Shown: positions 59,798-64,000 of the stretch, in pieces | Layout of the letters: each line of letters begins with the position of its first letter | Position numbering within the stretch: position 1 is the first letter of the stretch | DNA from: Alphaproteobacteria bacterium | GTDB lineage: Bacteria > Pseudomonadota > Alphaproteobacteria > MPNO01 | Direction: 5' to 3' | NCBI GenBank assembly: GCA_965248835.1 | Contig: CBDFLJ010000002.1 | Location: 1,760,001-1,824,000, forward strand | Length of the DNA: 64,000 bases | The notes under the pieces: generated by a model | What the model was told of the DNA's origin: nothing | Databases searched by the model: none | What the model saw: the letters and a program-made list of their open reading frames with translations, nothing else | Made by a program: the position numbers and the translations under genes

Positions 59798-61102
59798 CTA
59801 CGCGCGATCCGGCGCGCAACCGTGCAGGGCGTTGCGCTGAAGCGCGACCTCGACATGGGGCCGGATGTCGATGATTTCCGCGCTCGCACCCTGGTCCGTG
59901 GTGGCGAGCGCAACCGGGCCGCCGCCCTCGGCGTTCAACTGCCAGACCTCGGGCATCAAATCTGGTGGACGTTTCCATTCCGTCATCGGTCTGCCGGCGA
60001 GCATGGCGTCGAGCTCCCTGCGATAGAGTCTGCGGATGGCGATCACGCCGGCGTCGCCGCGGCCGAGATGCTCCGCGGCTCGGTTCGCGACCGTGCCCTG
60101 CCCGACTTGGGCGATGTCGTCCTGCAGGCGCACCAGGTCGACCCGGCCGCGGTCCACGTCCTGGAGGCTCATCCGGCCGCCGAGGATCGCTCGGCAGACC
60201 TCCTGGTGCGCAAGATCGATGGCTGCGCACCGGCGCGCGCGGCGCTCCTTGAACCGTCGCGCCGCCTCACCCTTGACCGGGACCCGGTGCAGGCTGAACT
60301 GGATGTGCCGCGCGTCGTCGATCGGGACCCACCAGAACAGCGATTCCTGCCAGCCGATGTCGCGTTCGGTCGGCAACGCGGTCATGTAGAAGACATTGGG
60401 CATCCCGAACTGCTGGACCCTGCGCGCCCCGTCCGGCCGCTTGAACGTGTAGGTGACGCCCCATTCGGATTCCTCGGCCACCAGGCGCCGGCCCAACCCG
60501 ATGCCGCCGAAGGATGCCGGGTTGTCGGAATGCACGAAGCCGACATGGCTCATGTCCAATGCGTTCTCGACGTTCTGGAATTGGTTGCACTCGCGCAGGT
60601 AGGAATCGATTTCGACGAGCCCGTCGAAGCGTTCGAACATCGGAAAAAGCGGCAGGTCGGGCGGCGTACCCTCGCCCAGGAACGCGAACACCAGCCCGAG
60701 ATACTCGCGCGTCGGCCAGGAGCGGATGCGAATCTTGTGGGCAAACTCCGACTCCTCGGCCGGCTGCTCGATGCAGCGGCCATCGCTTGCGAATTTCCAT
60801 CCGTGATAGAAGCAGCGCAGCCCCTCCCCTTCGATCCGGCCGGCCGAAAGCTGCGTCCCGCGATGCGGGCACCTTCCGTCGACGAGATGGATGCTCCCGT
60901 TCTCGCCGCGGTAGAGCGTCAACAGCTCGCACATGATCTTCAGCGGAACCGCCTGGCCGGGCTTCAGGTCCGTGGAATGGTAGACCGGCTGCCAAAACTG
61001 CCGAAGATAGGCGCCGGCTGGCGTCCCCGGGCCGGAGAGCGTGAAGTCGCTCCGGTCGGATTGCTGGAAGGACTGCGGCATCGGCCGGGAATCCGGGCTC
61101 AT
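59798..61102 (-). CDS. Rieske oxygenase alpha subunit (phthalate dioxygenase/LigX-like)
   Basis: GPGTPAG.YLR.FWQPV, CPHRG...CFYHGWKF, ENALD.SH..FVH and W.VPIDD motifs. Confidence 0.92.
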   Translation of the reverse strand: MSPDSRPMPQSFQQSDRSDFTLSGPGTPAGAYLRQFWQPVYHSTDLKPGQAVPLKIMCELLTLYRGENGSIHLVDGRCPHRGTQLSAGRIEGEGLRCFYHGWKFASDGRCIEQPAEESEFAHKIRIRSWPTREYLGLVFAFLGEGTPPDLPLFPMFERFDGLVEIDSYLRECNQFQNVENALDMSHVGFVHSDNPASFGGIGLGRRLVAEESEWGVTYTFKRPDGARRVQQFGMPNVFYMTALPTERDIGWQESLFWWVPIDDARHIQFSLHRVPVKGEAARRFKERRARRCAAIDLAHQEVCRAILGGRMSLQDVDRGRVDLVRLQDDIAQVGQGTVANRAAEHLGRGDAGVIAIRRLYRRELDAMLAGRPMTEWKRPPDLMPEVWQLNAEGGGPVALATTDQGASAEIIDIRPHVEVALQRNALHGCAPDRA

Positions 61103-61132
61103 TGTCTCGGCTCTCCCTCTCGACCTCGACGA

Positions 61133-62734
61133 TCACGGGCGCTTGAGCGCGCGCAGGTCATGGCAGCCTGCAAGGCCGCGCGGGTCGCCGCCGGCTTCGG
61201 CCAGCGTGACCTTGCGGACCTTGTTGGTCGCGGTCATCGGCAATGCATCGACGAACATCACATAGCCCGGCGCCTTGTAGTAGGCGAGCCGCGCGCGGCA
61301 CCAGGCGAGCAGGTCCTCGGCGGTCTCCCGCGTTGCCTCGCCCCCCGGCGGCGGGACGACGAAGGCCATCACCTCTTCGTCGCGCAGCGCATCGGGCACG
61401 GCGATCACCGCGATTTCGGCCACCGCGTCGTGGGCGCCGAGCACGGTCTCGATCTCGAGCGCGGCGATGTTCTCGCCGCTGCGCCGGATGATGTTCTTCG
61501 AGCGGTCGACGAACGCGAGCGAGCCGTCGGCGGTCCGGGCGACGATGTCGCCGGTATGGAACCAGCCGCCCTCCCAGGACGCCTCGGTGGCCGCGTCGTC
61601 CTTGTAGTAGCCGGCGAAGAATCCCCGCCGCGGTGCGGCGGCCGAATTGCGCACCAGGAAGTGGCCGGGTGTGCCGTTCGCGCATTCGGCGCCCGCCTCG
61701 TCGACGACGCGGACCTCGCAGGTGCGCGGCCTGCCGAAATTCCGCGTGCCGACGTGGCGCGGCTCGCGGTCGGCCGACAGGGTCGCACCGGACCCGGTCT
61801 CGGTCATTGCCCAGGCCTCGATCAGCGCGAAGCCGAACCGGGCCTCGAAGGCTTGGTGGTGGGCCGGATCGAGGTTGGCGCCGAAACCGAACCGGACCGC
61901 ATTGTCGCGGTCGTCATCGCGCGCCGGCAGTCCCATCAGGATCGCCGGCATCACGCCCAGATAGTGGATGATCGTCGCCGCGGTCTCGCGCACGTCCGCC
62001 CAGAACCGCGAGGGGTGGAACCGGTCGAGCTGCACCACCGTGTTGCGGCTCATCATCATCGCGGTGCTCGAGCACGCCATCGCGTTGATGTGGAACATCG
62101 GCAGCGGTGTCAGCAGCCGGTCCTCGCCCGGCCGCACCCGCGCCAGCAGACCCTGGTCGAGATACCACTGGCCCAGCCCGGTGAAATAGGCGTTGGTGAG
62201 CATGCAGCCCTTGGGGCGGCCGGTCGTGCCCGAGGTGTAGAGCAGCCCGCACTCGCTGTCGGGTCCCGGCCGGCCGGCGTGCGGTGGCCGCGGCGCGGCG
62301 GGGAATTCGGCCGCTTCGGAATCGATCACCGGCACCTTGGCCTCGCGGTCCGACGCCGCGGCGACATCGTCCGTGCGCTCGGCGATCGACACCGCCAGCA
62401 CCGAATCGCTGTGCGCCAGGAGATACGCCGTCTCGTCGACCTGATGGTAGGGATTGATCGGCACCACCGAGACACCGAGCGCGTTCAGCGCGAGCCAATG
62501 GATGAAATAGTCCGGCCGGTTCTCCAGCAGGATCGCCACGCGGTGGCCGTGGCCATAGCCGGCCCGCGCGTAGCGGTCGCGGCAGGCCTCAACGCGCGCC
62601 AGTAGGTCCTCGTAGCTCAGCGTGACGCCGGCGGGCGCATAGGCCGCCGCGGCGCCGGGCGGGATCACCAGGAACGGGTGGGAAGGTGCCGCGCGCGCCG
62701 AGGCAACGAAGGCATCGAAGACACTGTCGGGCAT
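61133..62734 (-). CDS. Acyl-CoA ligase (CaiC-like AMP-binding enzyme)
   Basis: YTSGTTGRPKG, AMTETG, GWFHTGD, DR.K.IIRRSGENI and T.T.KV.K motifs. Confidence 0.92.
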   Translation of the reverse strand: MPDSVFDAFVASARAAPSHPFLVIPPGAAAAYAPAGVTLSYEDLLARVEACRDRYARAGYGHGHRVAILLENRPDYFIHWLALNALGVSVVPINPYHQVDETAYLLAHSDSVLAVSIAERTDDVAAASDREAKVPVIDSEAAEFPAAPRPPHAGRPGPDSECGLLYTSGTTGRPKGCMLTNAYFTGLGQWYLDQGLLARVRPGEDRLLTPLPMFHINAMACSSTAMMMSRNTVVQLDRFHPSRFWADVRETAATIIHYLGVMPAILMGLPARDDDRDNAVRFGFGANLDPAHHQAFEARFGFALIEAWAMTETGSGATLSADREPRHVGTRNFGRPRTCEVRVVDEAGAECANGTPGHFLVRNSAAAPRRGFFAGYYKDDAATEASWEGGWFHTGDIVARTADGSLAFVDRSKNIIRRSGENIAALEIETVLGAHDAVAEIAVIAVPDALRDEEVMAFVVPPPGGEATRETAEDLLAWCRARLAYYKAPGYVMFVDALPMTATNKVRKVTLAEAGGDPRGLAGCHDLRALKRP

Positions 62735-62742
62735 CGCCGTTC

Positions 62743-63528
62743 TCAGGCCTGGTCGAGATATTCGCGCAGGGCTTCGGGCGAAGGCTTGGCGAAACGCGCC
62801 CTGCGCGAGATGGCGATGCCGTCGGCCCGGCGCAGCTTGACCGCCGCCTCGGCGAGCTTGAGCAGTACCGAGACTCCGTTGAGCACCGGCGCGCCGCCGA
62901 CCCTGAGGTCGGGGTCGCCGCACAGCAGCAGCATCGGCAGCCCGCCGGCGGGGATCAGAATCTCGGCACCGGCTGCCAGCAACGGCTCCGCTTCGGCTTC
63001 GAACTGCGCCAGGACCGCCGCGCGTGCGGCCGGGTCCCGGAAGGCGGCCATGTAGTCGGCCGGCGAGGTCCTTACCGCCCGCACGCCGGCCGAGCGCGCC
63101 TCCAGCCCCTGGAGCCTGATCTGATCCTCGTGCCAGGGAACGTAAATCGGATCGATGGTGATCAGCCCGAAGCGGTGCCCGAGCAGGCAGGCGTAATGCA
63201 TCGACGCCTCGCCGAGACCGAGCACCGGGATGTCGACCGCCGACTTGACATCGACGATCCCACCCTCCTGGAAGTGGCCGACGGCAAACCCGTCGAAGCC
63301 TTCGCGCTCGGCCTGCAGCGCGTTGCGCAGCACCTGGCGGGCGCAGCGCGCCTCGGTCAAGCGGTGAAGCTGGGTCGAAGGCGGCACGATCCCGCGGATC
63401 CCGATCTCGGTGGCCGGATCGGCAATGCGCTCCAGATGCGCCTTGAGGATCTCGAAATAGGGACCGTGGACCTCGGGGTCGATGAAGCTCTGGTACCACA
63501 GGCGGATCGGACGGTCGTCCTGGGTCAT
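62743..63528 (-). CDS. Asp/Glu/hydantoin racemase family protein
   Basis: AEREGFDGF..GHF.E.G, DIPV.GLGEASM..A and GAE..IP.GG motifs. Confidence 0.8.
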   Translation of the reverse strand: MTQDDRPIRLWYQSFIDPEVHGPYFEILKAHLERIADPATEIGIRGIVPPSTQLHRLTEARCARQVLRNALQAEREGFDGFAVGHFQEGGIVDVKSAVDIPVLGLGEASMHYACLLGHRFGLITIDPIYVPWHEDQIRLQGLEARSAGVRAVRTSPADYMAAFRDPAARAAVLAQFEAEAEPLLAAGAEILIPAGGLPMLLLCGDPDLRVGGAPVLNGVSVLLKLAEAAVKLRRADGIAISRRARFAKPSPEALREYLDQA

Positions 63529-63720
63529 GGCGGTCCCGTTGTCGGCGATCGGGCGGTGAAGTCTAACGCGCCCTGGTCCGTTAGAGTACCGGTGCGAAAC
63601 CGATATCCTATGGGACTGCCGTGACGCTCAAGGGCGCCGAGCGCGCCGCAAAACCGCGCTCGAGAAGGAGGATCTGCAGCGCCGGCAGCGCCACCGCGGT
63701 CATTGTCGAGATCGGCGGGC

Positions 63721-64000
63721 CTATTGGCCGATCCTGCCGCGCCGCATGCGGCTCGCCGCGACCAGGGCGTCGAAGTCCCGCTCGACCGTCTCATTGAGCG
63801 GCGAGGAGCCGTCATCGGGCAGGTCGAGATGGAGCCGACCGTCCTCGACCCGCAGGCGCGAGCGCTCCAGGATGTTGCCGGCCCCGCCGCTGACCCTGAA
63901 TGCGAGTCCCAGCGCCTGGCCGACGATCTCGCCGCGGCGCAGGTTGCGCTTGGACATCAGCCGGTAGACCGGCTGGACCTCCGGCTCGGCCGGATCGCCG
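63721..64000 (-). CDS. C-terminus of a probable Ppx/GppA phosphatase (partial)
   Basis: Frame open to the window edge; G.ALGLA.R.SGG...IL....L......L.L resembles alphaproteobacterial Ppx C-termini. Confidence 0.5.
   Translation of the reverse strand, partial: GDPAEPEVQPVYRLMSKRNLRRGEIVGQALGLAFRVSGGAGNILERSRLRVEDGRLHLDLPDDGSSPLNETVERDFDALVAASRMRRGRIGQ

Noticed and set aside
59762-62605. 947-aa plus-strand ORF and similar long antisense ORFs (e.g. 8946-10763, 6878-8257, 5554-6771)
   Set aside because: Shadows of well-supported opposite-strand genes, expected in high-GC DNA.

Overview
GC-rich bacterial DNA, most likely an alphaproteobacterium (sseA-metC pair; tRNA-Pro(TGG), NDUFS4-like gene and tRNA-Arg(TCT) in the usual order). 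Housekeeping and metabolic genes are interrupted by four accessory blocks. (1) 1-13.86 kb: a partial Rieske oxygenase, a TTT transporter with fused TctA-TctB, two convergent atypical ornithine-cyclodeaminase-family genes, an IS1380 element, a LIV-type ABC operon, a RidA pseudogene and an orphan IS3 end. (2) 30.79-34.88 kb: a recombinase-free zinc cassette (CDF exporter plus znuB, znuC, znuA) between two 58-bp direct repeats that duplicate the junction of two host genes. (3) 37.56-45.09 kb: a decayed island at tRNA-Arg(TCT) with a short att duplication, an abutting dif-like palindrome, a Dsr1-like SIR2 anti-phage gene frameshifted by a 146-bp tandem duplication, and SRAP, endonuclease I, DctP and RepC-like fragments. 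(4) 53.0-55.7 kb: an IS5::integrase remnant, an intact Xre-RES toxin-antitoxin pair and a methyltransferase. The right end holds an aromatic-catabolism cluster (ech, Rieske oxygenase, CoA ligase, racemase, atypical alpha/beta hydrolase). No CRISPR array or rRNA was seen. All calls come from reading motifs by eye; no searches were run.
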